64,000 nt of DNA from Octopus vulgaris (GCA_951406725.2 OX597824.1:36642001-36706000), one strand, 5' to 3'. Numbered from the stretch's first letter, positions 1 through 14,335 are shown. Translations and numbers: made by a program. Notes: a model not told the origin generated them from the letters alone.

Positions 1-359
1 TTCTAGATGTGACACTTTAGTTCTTTTAGGAAATACCAAATCAGCAGTTTGACAGTTCATTTTCTGGTTCCTGTGATGTCATCTCGCTCAGCAACCTTGA
101 AACAACAGCAAATCACTGAACAGTAAATGAACCCTCTTAAAAACTGATTCTACCAAGAACCAGTTAAAGACAACAATTCTTCTCTATAGCTATCAGCTAA
201 CAGCTTTTCTACACCTCTGAACTTTTGCAATTCTCTTCTGCATAGAATGTTATTTACAAAGCTCTCCATCCAGCTCCAATATCCAAAAACTATTCTGCAG
301 ATGCCAAAATAACTATGGATAGTTTCACTTATCTCCCAATATTTCCATCTATAATATTA

Positions 360-2250
360 TGAACCAAAGATATCCTCTTTAATACTATTTTATACTTCTG
401 TTTTAAATTATAACCAAAGCACGGAATTTTTCCCCATCTGTAATTGTATTGGAATATTCTAATTTCTGTCGTGATGTATCTGAGACATTTTGCCTTTATT
501 AGTTATCAATCTCCTTCAGCTTTCTCACAGCACTTGTAACAATCTGGTTTCTTTGAATGAAAAAAAGCTTATTTGTGAAATTAGATTTTGGAATCAGTAC
601 TTACAATATTAATTAAAACCCCAGCAAAATTACTTGTTAAGACTGCTTAACATGATAAAATTACTATATACACACAGAAGGATATGCAAACATATACACA
701 CATACTCTCAAATACAACAACACATACTTTTATTATAGATTTATCTACCGTGTTACATTTTTGTTGAATACAGAACCCAGTAAAAGAATGCACCCTCTGT
801 CTCTGGGTTTAAATCATCAATTTGTACCTCATCTAGGCTGGTCATGTTCCTTGTTTGTTTAGTGTGTTACTTTGACTAATTTTATATTTGATTCCTGTAC
901 TATATTCACTTGAAGCAAGTTGCTAATCTTCTTGTGATATCAGATAATCTGCCTTTAGAACCTGCTAACAAATCACCTTCTGTAAATCTTATACTCTTTT
1001 ACTCTTTTACTTGTTTCAGTCATTTGACTGTGGCCATGCTGGAGCATCACCTATAGTCGAGCAAATCGACCCCGGGACTTATTCTTTGTAAGCCCAGTAC
1101 TTATTCTATCAGTCTCTTTTGCCAAACCGCTAAGTGACAGGGACGTAAACACACCAGCATCGGTTGTCAAGCAATACTAGGGGACAAACACAGACACACA
1201 AACACACGCATATATATACATACATATATATGATGGGCTTCTTTCAGTTTCTATCTACCAAATCCACTCACAAGGCTTTGGTAGATAGAACACTTGCCCA
1301 AGGTGCCACGCAGTGGGACTGAACCCGGAACCATGTGGTTGGTAGACAAGCTACTTACCACACAGCCACTCCTGCGCCTATATTGATGGAAATCTTTTGG
1401 AACCTTTTTTTCAAGAAAAAGATTGGCCACTTTTTTGACAAGGGACAAACTCAACTCCTTCCAATGTATATTCCAAACTGTTTGATGTTGTTCAAAACTT
1501 TACAAGTACTTTTCTCAGACAGGTGTTTTTACTTGTCTAATTAAAAGTAATGTTATGTTATACTTCTTTGTGATACCCCACTGTGCCTCCTCCTCCTCCT
1601 CCTCTTCTTCTTCTTCTTCTTCTTCTTCTTCTTCTTCTTCTTCTTCTCCTCCTCCCCCACCCTTCTTCTCTTTCTTCTTCTTCTCTCTATACACTGTTGG
1701 AAGTTTCTTTTAACAGGGTGTTAAAGTCTTTTAAAGTTTACAGTTGATGGTCTCTAAATTTCTTAATAATGATTATTACATTAGTCATCAGTTCAACAGT
1801 AGTCACCTTTTTTTTCTTTGAACTAACTCTATTTGTTTTTCACTAATTTCCCTTCATGCATGCAACAGTCTTAGATGTTTTAGCTATTAAAGTATTATTT
1901 TACTCAAGTGGCTTATGAAGCTGATGGCTAGATAAATGCTACATTTCTTCTTTGAACAACAAAGTTCTGTAATGCATCTAACCACTGGGATGACTATTTC
2001 TCCTTTACATAAAATCAGTGACAGATTTGGGGCAGCAATCCCATCATTTTTTTCAACATAGTTTTTGTTTGTTTTTTCTTTTAATATATTTATTGCATCC
2101 ACTGCACAATTTCACGATCCTTCAGTTTTGTTGGTGTTCAAATATCTTATTGGCTCTTCTATTTTACTAAATATTTCTGGTCCTTCATGATTCTGAGAGT
2201 GCAGAATGGTTGAATCTGCCTTTCGGGGAGAAGGTAACAGAGTGCCATGC
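360..2250 (-). mobile_element. Old degenerate RTE-clade LINE (RT and C-terminal region), interrupted by a SINE at 993-1381
   Basis: Remnant peptides in RTE order: IEEPIRYLNTNKTEGS (~EVEAAIRSLKxNKAPG), ISFISHLSKIIL (~ISLISHASKILL), RFTEGDLLAGS (~RFADDxxLLA), LGSVF (~YLGS), IKAKCLRYI. Many stops and frameshifts. Confidence 0.65.
993..1381 (-). mobile_element. tRNA-derived SINE family A (most abundant family here), full length
   Basis: Minus strand head GGCGCAGGAGTGGCTGTGTGGTAAG (A box) ... GGTTCAGTCCC (B box) ... CCTTGGGCAAG, central TA/CA microsatellite, tail (AGTAAAAG)n. More than ten related copies in the window. Confidence 0.85.
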
Positions 2251-2831
2251 ATTGGGATTAAATAACTAAATCTGTCAAAAACAGTTGAGCTCTTTGAGGT
2301 CCAACAGCATCCATATCTTGTGGTGGTGATGGGTATCACATAGATTGCCAAACCTGTTGCTAATTACACCATATTTATTCTATAAAAGACCAGGTGAGGC
2401 CCAGATTAAGGACAACTGCATCTGCATAATAGAAGGGCAGCAGGAATGGTGGTGGTGGGGGGGGACAAAAGGAAGAAATTGATGTACCAAACAAACGTCT
2501 GATACTTAAGGTGGAAGGAGAAAAGAATTGGAATATGGAAATCTATAACTGACAGGCAGAGTAAAAGAACTGGAGATCAAGATGATATGTGTGTATCTGT
2601 TATGCATATTCATATATGTGTGTGTGTTTATATATCTATCTATCTATCTATCTATCTATATGTATGCATGTATGTACACACGCATACATGTGTGTGTGTA
2701 TGATGTATGTATGTATGTATGTATGTATGTATGTATGTATGTATGTATGTATGTGCATAAGCAGCAAAGTTTATCCTAACATAAGGGGACATAACTCAAA
2801 TGGAGTAAAGTACAGCTTAGTAGCTGACAAC

Positions 2832-3063
2832 TTAATCCTTTAGCATTTAAACTGACTAAATCCATCCCCAAAAAACATTCTACTTGTTTTAGATTTAAAC
2901 TGGCCAGATCCAGCCTTTCACTCTTATCCAACAATGACATTCTAGAAATAAACAATCACATCATTTAAGTCTTGAAGTTATGAGATGATATATGATTAAT
3001 TCGAAACAATGTGAATAAATAAGCATTATATTTGACAGAAGAATTTAAATGCTAAAAGGTTAA
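2832..3063. mobile_element. piggyBac-type MITE (TTAA-flanked)
   Basis: TTAA-tcctttagcattt ... aaatgctaaaagg-TTAA terminal inverted repeats. Related copies at 15418, 32641, 42480, 51775 and 55938. Confidence 0.75.
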
Positions 3064-3219
3064 TGCAACAATTTTGACCAAACCAGGTCAATTTTCATAT
3101 GTAAATCATTTAAAAATCATCACTGATAAAATCCCAAAGCAGAAATGAATGTAGTCCAAATCACTTTCTGTTTATAACTACAAAGTGTATATAAGACAAG
3201 GTGTTAACATCTATTTACC

Positions 3220-3549
3220 TTAGAAAATTTCTATTTTTAAATCTCACAACATGAGATATTCAGCAACAGTACTTTGTAGTAAAGATAGTTTGTCAACATA
3301 ACATGGCAGTCCTGGTTTAGGACGAATGTTGCTGTAATTTAGCCCCCAGGAGACGTCGTCTCACGCTAGCTGTATGAAACAATGTGCCCTTATATTTTCA
3401 AACAAAGGGAAAACATATTTTCAAAAATATAAGGACACAGATCGTGTCGTATAGCCAGCTGGAGACGATGTCTCCTGGGGCATTTGTCCTAAACCAACAA
3501 CATTTGTCCTAAACCTGGACTACCATGTTATGTTGGCAAACAATCTTTA

Positions 3550-3552
<3 letters not shown>
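3220..3552. mobile_element. Fold-back element (same family as 18010-18452), apex deleted
   Basis: 3279-3400 is an imperfect reverse complement of 3425-3550 (gtaaagatagtttgtcaacataacatggcagtcc ... ggactaccatgttatgttggcaaacaatctttac). It shares the tggcagtcc/atttagcccc(c)agga motifs and a left leader with the 18 kb copy. Confidence 0.7.
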
Positions 3553-3618
<66 letters not shown>

Positions 3619-3809
3619 TTTAAATTAATAATAGAAGGGTAAAATTTATTAATTAAATTCATCAATTAAATTAACAATTTTACCAAGTAGATTGGTACAT
3701 TAAAATAACCTTTATAGGTAAAATTATCCACATAATTATAATTAGGGTTCAGCTAACTGCTTCACCACATACCGAAATTAGAAAAAAGAGTTAAAAATTC
3801 CTTTTCTAC

Positions 3810-3882
3810 TACTATAAGAATCTCCTTGATGGTAAACATACTTTTTACTATAAGAATCTCCATGAGAGTAAACATACTTTTT
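3810..3882 (+). repeat. ~36-bp direct tandem duplication
   Basis: tactataagaatctcc(t/a)tga..gtaaacatactttt occurs twice. Confidence 0.7.
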
Positions 3883-4852
3883 TACACACACCATTGCTTG
3901 TATCTATATCAAATGATGTATTCTGTAGTGGAGAATAAAACTGATACAAAACACTTAATGCAACAGAGTTTATTAATTGAACTAATTGCCTCACAAACAG
4001 CATAAACATGTCACAAAGAAGGCAAGAATGTCACAAGTGAGGTGTAGCTCTAACAAAAAAAATACAAAACCAATGATGGTTTAATAGCTTTAATAGCCAA
4101 AATAAAAATCTAACAACATGAACTTGTAATGGTCAAATGGTCACCTTCTACCTCTAAAACCTATGAAAACATTTTAGATGTAGGGTCTTCATAAATGAAA
4201 GTCAATCACTCTATAAATAAAACAAAAGACAGCACAGAAGCTGATTCGTGTCCATTTTCTGAAGAATGGGACCAAGACAGTCTGGAAACTTTGATAAAAA
4301 TAGATTTGAGATTTTTATTGTTCCAAACTACAAAAGTTTGATATGCAGATAGTGAAAAAAAAAAAATCAAATAATAATATTGTTATCTTCTCAATATATA
4401 GCATGTCTGAAATAAAAGCTGCCCACCAGACAAACATTAACAAATGCACCAAAACCTGACAGTCTTCTCTCAGTTGTGTCCATGCTTGCCTATAGTGTGT
4501 GTACACATACACACGCACACAAACACACACACACACACGCAAATTTGATGTGAGTTCTGGGGGGAGGTGCATACAAATAAATAAATAGATATAGATAGAA
4601 AGGCAGATGAATAGATGGATAGATAAACCGATAAATAGAGACAGACAAATCAACAGAGAGAGATATTTTGGTTTAGTTATAGTCCAATGCTGTCAACTTT
4701 CGACTCCGATATATTTCAAAGCCTGTTTCAGCGTGTTACATTAATGACATCAAAGACTGGTTACTATTTTACAGATCATTATCACTTCCCCTAGACTCCA
4801 TCAGATTGCTCAGAGTAATAACGGCAAATTTTGAAATCTAAACACACACATG

Positions 4853-4943
<91 letters not shown>

Positions 4944-5460
4944 GCATACTCTGCATATATATATATCAATATATACAAGTAGAGGGTGGGTGTGATTGAG
5001 AAAAAAAATATGCACATTAGGAATATTAGTGCATATATGAGCACGCATATGTGTGTGTGTGTGTGTGTCTGTAATGCTTATATCAATAACTGAGAAGACA
5101 TGTTAGAAAAACGAAAAAAAATTAAAAGTGAATACATCTGACCATAAAGAAGAATTAGTTTTATTTTGATCATAAACTCTATGGTGGCACAAGCACAAGC
5201 ATTTCAAATTTTATAACAGTCCCTGAAGAAAATTATGAGGCTTGGAATATATTAGTACCTTTGCATGACTATATTCAAAATAAAACTTCATATACTTACA
5301 TAAATGCCCCACACACACACACATATGCACGCACAGATACTTACATACATACATACACATAAACACACACGCATATACATACATATATATATATACATAC
5401 ACAAATATACATGGACACATGTATATTCATACATATATGTCTGTGTGCATGTATGTATAT

Positions 5461-5513
<53 letters not shown>

Positions 5514-5720
5514 TATACATATACAAGAACATATACATATATACACACACACGCAATCACATACACACACAAGGCAGTTCCCCAGAATGGCTGCAGTCAA
5601 ATGACTGAAAGAAGTAAAAAAAAAATGATTTAAAAAATATGTATATACATACATACATACATACACACACACATACGCATACAGTCATGTGTATACATAT
5701 ATTTGCATATGTATTTGTGC

Positions 5721-5762
<42 letters not shown>

Positions 5763-5767
<5 letters not shown>

Positions 5768-5950
5768 ATCCAAACAAGAAAGCACAAAAAAACACAACAA
5801 CACGGGGATGTGGAACAAATATAGTATTATTGGACGCTCAGGAAAGAAGGAAAAAAGGAGGGCTTAACGTTTCAAGCGGAGCTCTTCGTTGGAAACATAG
5901 GAGAAGGAAAGGCCGAGGAAAAAAATCGCCAACGGTACACACGCGGTCAC

Positions 5951-5952
<2 letters not shown>
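5763..5952 (-). mobile_element. Short hammerhead-motif element (Penelope-like pLTR fragment) inserted in (TA)n
   Basis: Reverse-orientation homologue of 40116-40321. Minus strand reads tttCCAACGA A GAGC tcc GCTT GAAAC GTT aag (decayed core). TA repeats on both sides. Confidence 0.6.
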
Positions 5953-6035
<83 letters not shown>

Positions 6036-6302
6036 AAGGGGTGCACATAAACATACACCCAAAGGAACATATGTATGCATGTACATACATACGTTTGCAT
6101 ATATATCCACAGTAAGGGAGTGTGCGTGTGCGTGTATGTGTGTGACATTATCAAGAGATTACATGTTCTGCTTGCACTACACATGCATCTCCATGGATGC
6201 AACCCTAAGAAGCAATAATCTCATTGATGTAATCCTGATTGGGAACAGAAATCTGCACAAAACCTATCACTGAACACTGTCATTGTTTAGTAACTGTACT
6301 TT

Positions 6303-6357
<55 letters not shown>

Positions 6358-6599
6358 CGTGTGTGCGTGTTTACCTGTGTCTGTATGCATGTGTGTGCAT
6401 ATATATATATATATGTATATATATATACATATATATACATATATGTATATGTGCATATATGTAAATATATATACATATGTGTATAAATATATATATATAT
6501 ATATATTTATACCATCTAACCCATACCAGCATGCAAAGAGGTTGTTAAATGATGATGATACACACACAGACACACACACAAACACACACACACACACAC

Positions 6600-6644
<45 letters not shown>

Positions 6645-6864
6645 TGGACATTGTCATTGTCGGTAACACATGCACCATCGTCAGCATATCATATCTGCTT
6701 TTCTATGCTTGTATGTGTTGCATGAGCTGTCACTGGCCAAGCCATGTATGTGTGTATGTGTACACACATGAGCACATATATATCCTCATGTGTGTGTGTG
6801 TGTGTGTGTATGAAAGGCATATATATGTAGGGCATCCAGCCGTAGAAAATCATACCGAATCAGA

Positions 6865-7165
6865 CTGTTGTGTCTGGGGAGAGTCATTTTCTTTTTGTGC
6901 CTTATAATGTAACACACTCACTGATAAAATTTCCACTTATTTCTTATTTTTATTTTCCTAAAATTTTCTTTGCGTCTTGCAACCTTTTCAATAGTCTTGC
7001 AAGACACAACGAAATTTTAGGAAAATAAAAATAAGTGGAAATTTTACTGGTGAGTGTGCTACATTACAAGGCACAAAAAGATAATGACTCTCCCCAGACA
7101 CAACAGAATATGTTTCAACACACGAACTCATATAAAGAACCTTGCAAACCAAATCCAAAAACGAA
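6865..7165. mobile_element. Asymmetric fold-back element with hammerhead-like core (Penelope-like inverted pLTR)
   Basis: 6865-6985 is the reverse complement of ~6995-7106, and the right arm extends to 7165. A second copy lies at 14017-14335. Confidence 0.7.
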
Positions 7166-7773
7166 GTATATATGTATACACACACACACACACACACGCA
7201 CGCACACAAACACACACACTTGTTCGTGCGTTCATGTGTGAGAGCATGTGTTTGGATATTTATTGTGTGCATATTCAAGTCTTTCAAGAAGCTTCATCAA
7301 GTTGCTCCAGCAGGGCGAGGTCAGAGTAGGTTTATAAGTTAACAGCATAAACAGAAAATAGTTTATTTTATTTATGCATATATAATCCCCGTCACCGTCC
7401 CCGGCACCAAATTTTTTAGGAGTTGAGGTTTATGTAAAAATTAGAAATCAATACATTGCACTTAGCCGAGATTTTAAAGGTACATAACTCTTTAATATTT
7501 AAATTAGAGTTATGTCCCTTTTCATGACTTTAAGTCCCATAAAAGTAGCAAAGTGGAGTTTCTGTAAAGTAACGAAGAATGAAAAGAAAAGAAACACACT
7601 AAAAAAAAATAAAAGAAGAAAAAAACAAAACAACCCCCCCTAAAATTTTAGCCCTATAAACAACCAAAAATAAGGCTACTTCGAAACGGGTTATCATGTT
7701 TCACCAATTGGCCACATCTTTGGAAGTACAAAATCGAAATTGGTGAAAGTGAAGCCATATTTTCCTCCTAAAG

Positions 7774-8140
7774 CAGTGGCTTTCAATGTTTTCTGAAATT
7801 ATGGTACATTGCAGATCAAATATAAATATACTGATGCACTTCGTACAGGAAAAAGAAAATAAAAGCTATGTTTTAACGTTAAAATGTAGCTAGAATATAG
7901 AATTTCTTACTTACTATGGGTTGTTAATGAAATCAGGATGACGAATATAAATTAATGATACCAATTATTTTCATCATCTTGATATTATGTCAGCTCTCCA
8001 TTCTGATATGGCTTGGACAATTTGCCACAGTCGTTATCATATAACATTAATTATAAATTTTCTGAAGCCTTAAATTGTGCTTTAATAAAATAATCTGAGA
8101 TGAACTCATCGCACATCAGAGTACTATTTGAGAACAAGTG
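7774..8140. mobile_element. Possible old hAT-type MITE
   Basis: Ends cagtggctttcaa ... ttgagaacaagtg resemble CAGTGGTTCTCAA TIRs. The target duplication is not convincing. Confidence 0.3.
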
Positions 8141-9460
8141 CATTGACGTTAATGAGAACAGATGTCTTGGAAAAAAAGCCACCTCCTAAACAGAGTTTCA
8201 GACACACATTAGATGAATTAAACAAAACAACTCAGATACAAACCAAACATCAAAACATATGATGCAAGAAATTTCCGATAAATGTAATACTTCTAAGTGA
8301 AATACATATGTATGTATGTATGTATGGATGGATGGATGAGTGTGTACATTATATGTATGTGTGTATGTGTGTATGTATGTATGTATGTATGTATGTATGA
8401 TGTTGCTATATCAAAGATAAGTGTTAAAAACATCATAAAATAAAACGAAAAAATTTTAAGATGCAAGTTTATAGCTAGTAAGTGATTTGTTCACGAGATA
8501 CACTGAGCATGGAGTTAAGCTTATGATAAATTTCAGATGTTACAAACTGATAACAACATCACCTATCTACCATAATACTAACCTGTATATATTTAATATT
8601 ATACAGAAATTCTAGGGTACTGAATTAAATACTGAATAGAATTTAGTTCCATCCTTCAATTATGAAAATTCAAAGTCTGCTGGGATTGACTTATCTATCT
8701 ATCTATCTATCTATCTATACATACATACATATAAGTGACACTTTGATAACAGGATTATTAGAGAAATTAAAATTTCAACAAACGAGGCTAAAAAGCTTTG
8801 CCCTCACTCTACTAGGTCAATCCAATTGACAGTATCCTCTCCTGAAAGTTTGCAGTCATGTATCAATATGAGAAATCAATATTAAAAGCTATGATTATGA
8901 TCAAAACAGAGGATGTCTCTACTTCGATCTTGTTTCTACCTACTAGCTCTCACTAACCTGAAAACCTTACAGCTAAATCTCCCACTTCCCCCACTTGAAA
9001 TTTTCTTTTCTTTTTACCATTCTCAACAACCCATGTTACTCTAATACTTTTTTTTTTTTTAAGTAATGAACCTGTACTTCCATGGAACGCTGAACTTCTA
9101 TACCTCTTACTTGGCCATCAACCTCAGCAATTATGTGAAAATTCTATTTCATAAATACTCCATTTCTGGCAGTGATCACATGATTGTTGTTTTAGCTAAA
9201 TAAAACTAACTAAATCTGTGGGATTTAGAAAAGATTAAAGTGTATATTCATTTGCATAGAAAAAAAATGATATAATCTGTTCAAAGATTGAAGTTGTAAG
9301 GGACAGTGGAGATCTTAGAAAATTGTAATAAAAATTTATTTTTAGTATGTTTGGACATTATTGTTCATGTAGAATAGAATCAAAAAATGTAACTGTGCAA
9401 ACGGTTGTCATTGTATAAATTATGTGACATAATTTGCCTCTTAATCAATTGTAATTTTTC

Positions 9461-10250
9461 TCATTGATCATGTATGATTAAATTGAGTACAAAACAGCAT
9501 TTCTTCCCTTCCTTATGACAAACATATACTTCTAGAATTCTCTTCATGTTTGATATTTCCTTGATCCAAGAATTTAAATTGAAACTAATCCAGTCTGTGA
9601 AAACATAGGAAGTGCCAGCACACAGAGTAATATCCTTCTTCCTGAGACTAGTAAATATGACTAACAATATTTCAGAATAAGATTTAGAAATTATGAACAC
9701 CAATGCATTTAAACAACAGTGTAAAGCCAGTATAAAGCCAGTAGCAACAAATGTGTTTCACTGTTTCGAACACACATTCATTGACAACTAAGTGAATTAC
9801 AACACTCAGCTTTTGTTCGTTTCAGGCAGTAAGCCTTATCAATGAACAACATCGAATCTTTCACACGTGAAAGGTTTTGCTCAAATGGATCAATTATTGG
9901 CTTTATATTTCAAGTAAAGAAGAAAGTGAGACATGCAATTATAGGCATATTGTAAATAATGGAATAACTAAGGCAAAATTTGAAAGAAAAAAAAATGTTA
10001 TTGAGGCATACAATAGCTGTATAGTGTTGTATTGTGCTGTGATGATGGCAACATAGCCCAAACAAGAATCAAGGAATGTAGGCTTTCAAAGAACACTTAG
10101 TGCATGGATGTGGTGACATTTTAAAGTTAGAGCTGGAGAAACCATGGTAAAAGATCTCTGATAAATTGACGATAATGAAAGTAATAAAGAATAGGGTGGA
10201 AGCCTTTACTTAATCTTCCTTTAAATAGATATCTATAAACAACATCCATA
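9461..10250 (-). pseudogene. Possible highly decayed piggyBac transposase fragment
   Basis: Minus-strand peptides in piggyBac order: LFKGRLS, SLRKKDITLCAGT, YVCHKEGKKCCFVLNLIIHD (~SYVPKKxKxVxLLSTMHD). Weak similarity only. Confidence 0.35.
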
Positions 10251-10304
10251 TTGGCAATAATGACAACAACCTTGAAAACTAAAAGACTAAACTCTCTCTT
10301 AAGG

Positions 10305-10585
10305 TGAAAGCGTGTGGCCTAGTGGTTAGACATGTTATGTTACACTCACGATTGCTAGATCACGGGTTCAGTTCCCAGACCAGGCAGTGTATTATATTCA
10401 TGAGCAAAACACTTTATTTCACTTTGCTCCTGTCTCCATTTCGATCAGGAGGGAATGATGGCTTGCTTGCCTAGCCAGCAAGATGGTGTCATTTGAAGGC
10501 GAAAATAATGCAAAAGCACATTGTGACCAGTGATGTGTAACAGCATCCGATATCCTGGTCAGCCACATGATCATGTGACATGATG
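10305..10585 (+). mobile_element. tRNA-derived SINE (family B-type head)
   Basis: TGGCCTAGTGG A box and GGTTCAGTTCC B box, followed by tgagcaaaacactttatttcac. Confidence 0.65.
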
Positions 10586-10587
10586 TA

Positions 10588-10790
10588 TACAAGGGGGTAC
10601 TGAAAAGTTCCTGACTTTGGATAAAAGAAATACAGGAAGATCTGTTAATTATGATTTTATTCCACATATTCCCTTCTCGGATGTACACTTATTGCGGCAG
10701 TTCCAAGTCCTGTAAAAAGAAGTTGAAAGGTTAGGCCTCCAACCAGGCCTTTTGTGATGCCTTTACAGCTAGGAACTGCTCAGTATACGT
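10588..10790. mobile_element. Mariner-type MITE
   Basis: Left end ta-caagggggtactgaaaagttcctgactt; degenerate right inverted end agctaggaactgctcagta. Confidence 0.55.
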
Positions 10791-10876
10791 GTGTGTGTGT
10801 GTGTGTGTCTCTGTGTGTCTGTGTGTGTTTGTGTTTAAGCACATGTGTGAGTGTGTGTAAGCTTAGGCATGTGTCG

Positions 10877-10910
<34 letters not shown>

Positions 10911-10999
10911 TATTATTATCATCATCGTCATCATCATCGTCATTGTCATCACCACCACTAACAACAACAACAACAACAATAACATTATTCAAACAGTGA

Positions 11000-11290
11000 A
11001 TTCTTCCTCCTGCTATCAAGTGGATAAGTATTGCAGCATCTGTTCTTGTTCTTCACTTAACTGTTATTCCATTTCATCTGATTTAAGCATAAACTCCCAA
11101 ATCTCTAGTCTCCCTAAAATCATTACTGCTTTCCTCCTCTTTATACCCTCTGGATGGCCTCATCTGTTCATATTAGATCTTCATACCATTGCAATCAATT
11201 CTTCTCTTATTTACCAATCAATCCCTTTGATGCTCAGCCATTTTCATCGCTTAAAGTATTGCATATTCAACAAATCAAATTTATTTTAAT
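11000..11290 (-). mobile_element. Decayed RTE LINE C-terminal fragment (probably continuing at ~12060-12390)
   Basis: Weak remnant peptide similarity to the RTE C-terminus, adjacent to a (GAT)n tail at 10876-10945. Confidence 0.35.
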
Positions 11291-11319
11291 CTCCAATGTC
11301 CACATTCCCCTGACATGAA

Positions 11320-11383
<64 letters not shown>

Positions 11384-11464
11384 GTGTGTGTGCATGTGTG
11401 TGTTTGTGAATATATTATTTATTTATATATATATATATATTTTTAAAAAAAAAAGATTTTTTGT

Positions 11465-11665
11465 GGCCGTTGTCAGTACCGCCTGACTGACCCTCGTGCC
11501 AGTGGCACGTAAAAGCACCCACTACACTCTCGGAGTGGTTGGCATTAGGAAGGGCACCCAGCTGTAGAAACTGCCAGATCAAGATTGAAGCCTGGTGCAG
11601 CCATCTGGTTCACCAGTCCTCAGTCAAATCGTCCAGCCCATGCTAGCATGGAAAGCAGACGATGA

Positions 11666-11668
<3 letters not shown>
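11465..11668 (+). mobile_element. RTE LINE 3' tail / RTE-tailed SINE
   Basis: gtggcacgtaaaagcacccactacactctcggagtggttggcattaggaagggca..cagctgtagaaac ... ccatgctagcatggaaagc..(GAT)n. Confidence 0.75.
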
Positions 11669-11720
<52 letters not shown>

Positions 11721-11749
11721 TCAGGGATTCATCACACACATAGTCATCG

Positions 11750-11925
11750 TCATCATCATCATCATCATCATCATTTAACATCCAACATCCATTTGCCATG
11801 CTAGCATGGGTTGGATGGTTTGACAGGAGCTGGCAAGTCAGAAAATTGTGCCAAGCCCCACTGTCTGCTCTGACACGGTTACTACAGCTGGGTGCCTTTC
11901 CTAATGCCAACCACTTTACAGAACA
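11750..11925 (-). mobile_element. RTE 3' tail copy, tail-to-tail with 11465-11668
   Basis: (CAT)n tttaacatcc ... ccatgctagcatgggttgg ... cctttcctaatgccaaccac. Confidence 0.7.
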
Positions 11926-11945
11926 CACACGCACTCACACTCACA

Positions 11946-12013
<68 letters not shown>

Positions 12014-12558
12014 AATGTAATACACACTTTATACTGTTTGCAATTAACAGAATGAGAGGAAACTTTTTGGAACCAACAAAGATAGAAGCTTCTCTAAATG
12101 AAATCTAAACTGAAATCATTAAAACCTCTCTCAAATCCACCAAGATTATCTATCTCCCTAATGATATTTAACCAGTATATTTAGCGAGTTATCATAACTT
12201 TCTCTGTGTTTTTCTTTCCAAGAAGGCTCATCTTCATGGTGCAGCCATCTAATCTTTAAATCTCATCCACATCCTGCACACAGGATTTGGAACAATGTTC
12301 CAAACCTCATGCGCAAGGAATAACACTTTTGCACACATTGTCTATCTACATAATCCTAAGTCTGTTTATGTCCAATACGCTTAGTGAGGCTGCACACACC
12401 TGCACACAAACCTGCACACACACACCTGCACACACACACACAGACACTATTAATTGTATAAATTTGCATCATGTATAAAGTGAGGTTAATTATACACATC
12501 TGTACTTAGTTGTTACACAGTTCTCTCAAAGCATTTACTACATTTTTCTGGTATGTTC

Positions 12559-12628
<70 letters not shown>

Positions 12629-12814
12629 GCATTTGAGAGTGTGTTGTGTGTGTGTGTAGGTGCATTTATGAGAACATTTGCATGTATACATGAATTTATG
12701 GGTGCACACAGCAGTATTCAAGAATGAGTGAGTATGTATTCCATGGCATACCATGTTACTACTTAGTGACATACAGAGTATATACATCAAATGTATTGAA
12801 TATATACATCTCAG

Positions 12815-12910
<96 letters not shown>

Positions 12911-14016
12911 TATATATGTATAAATATAATATATATGTGTATATGTGTGTGTACATATATACATATACACATCATACGTGCATGTATGCATGCACACACA
13001 CGCACACACACTCATTACACATTCTGTATATATACATCACACATACAGAATCTATACATTATACACCATATATATGTAATATGTATTATACATATCCCTA
13101 TATATACATTACAGCTAAATACAAGAGAATTATCGAAGCAGAGAAATGAGAATATTTCTCTGCTGATGTAATTTATGAGAAAAATTCAAGCTTACTTTTG
13201 AGAAAGAGATTTTATTTTCCAGAGATGTCAGAACAATAACAGAAAGAGAAAAAGAAAATGACTAAACATATTTAAGTGTGTCCCATCATTGGGGACATGT
13301 GAGTAGGTTGGATACATTGCAACGCTTTAATGATAGGCTGTTAAGAGTCTACATAAATGGTAGAGATGGAACCTTTTTAATGGCAGTTTGGTTCCATTAA
13401 CATGGTTGTATTTCATTTACCTGCCAAGTGCTACCTGTTATTGTTGTTAATGACAGCAGTGGTGCTGCTAGTAGTATTTTTATATGCTCTGTGATAAAAG
13501 ATAGAAATGTAAAGAGTATGTGATATTAAACTTATACTCAACCAGTCACACGAACTTTAACCATTAGTTCCTGTGGAGCTGTTTAACTGCAAAACTCTTC
13601 CTTGCCATTAGCAACAGTAAATTTGCTTTTTTGGATTAAGAAGTTGAAATTCACATACAACAAGTTAATCAAGGGGATATTATGAATGCTGAAAGCAGAT
13701 TGTTGAACATTATGATGTGCCAAACATTATTGTAGAAGATAAAATATGTGCCAGCATACTTCATGGAAATCCACAGTCCACATGACCTGTACTTGCTTAT
13801 TTTATTTTATTTATTTGGGTTTTGCGATGTGAAGTGGATGAAAGATAAATCTTTTCTGGGATAGGATGGCAGTTTATCACAAGGGAGCTCTCTCAGAGAA
13901 GGAATTGCATTCACCACTTCAAGCCAACAAATTACTATGTTTACATTTCAGTTGCTGTTAACAAGTGTGAGTCAATACCAGCTTGCGGCACCTACTTACA
14001 GCCTGAACAAATAAAT

Positions 14017-14335
14017 GAGAGTCATTTTCTTTTTGTGCCTTATAATGTAACACACTCACCGGTAAAATTTCCCCTTTTTTCTTATTTTTATTTTCCAAAA
14101 ATTTTCGTTGCGTCTTGCAAACTTTTCAATATAGAGTCAAGACTATTGAAAAGGTTGCAAGACACAATGAACATTTTAGGAAAATAAAAATAAGAAATAA
14201 GCGGAAATTTTACCAGGGAGTGTGTTACATTATAAGGCACAAAAAGAAAATGACTCTCCCCAGACACAACAGAATATGCTTCAACACACGAACTCATATA
14301 AAGAATCTTGCAAACCAAATCCAAAAACGAAAAAT
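14017..14335. mobile_element. Second copy of the asymmetric hammerhead-like fold-back element
   Basis: Arms 14017-14130 and 14143-14258 are inverted, with a right extension to 14335. Nearly identical to 6865-7165 but with a different turning point. Confidence 0.7.

Noticed and set aside
4680-4830. Minus-strand CTGATG...GTCGAAAG as another hammerhead
   Set aside because: The core is CUGAUGG, and I could not pair stems I-III convincingly.
2582-13171. Many ORFs rich in YI/CV/HT dipeptides (also at 17-19 kb, 29 kb, 37 kb and 53 kb)
   Set aside because: They are translations of (TA)n, (TG)n and (CA)n microsatellites, which lack stop codons. Not genes.
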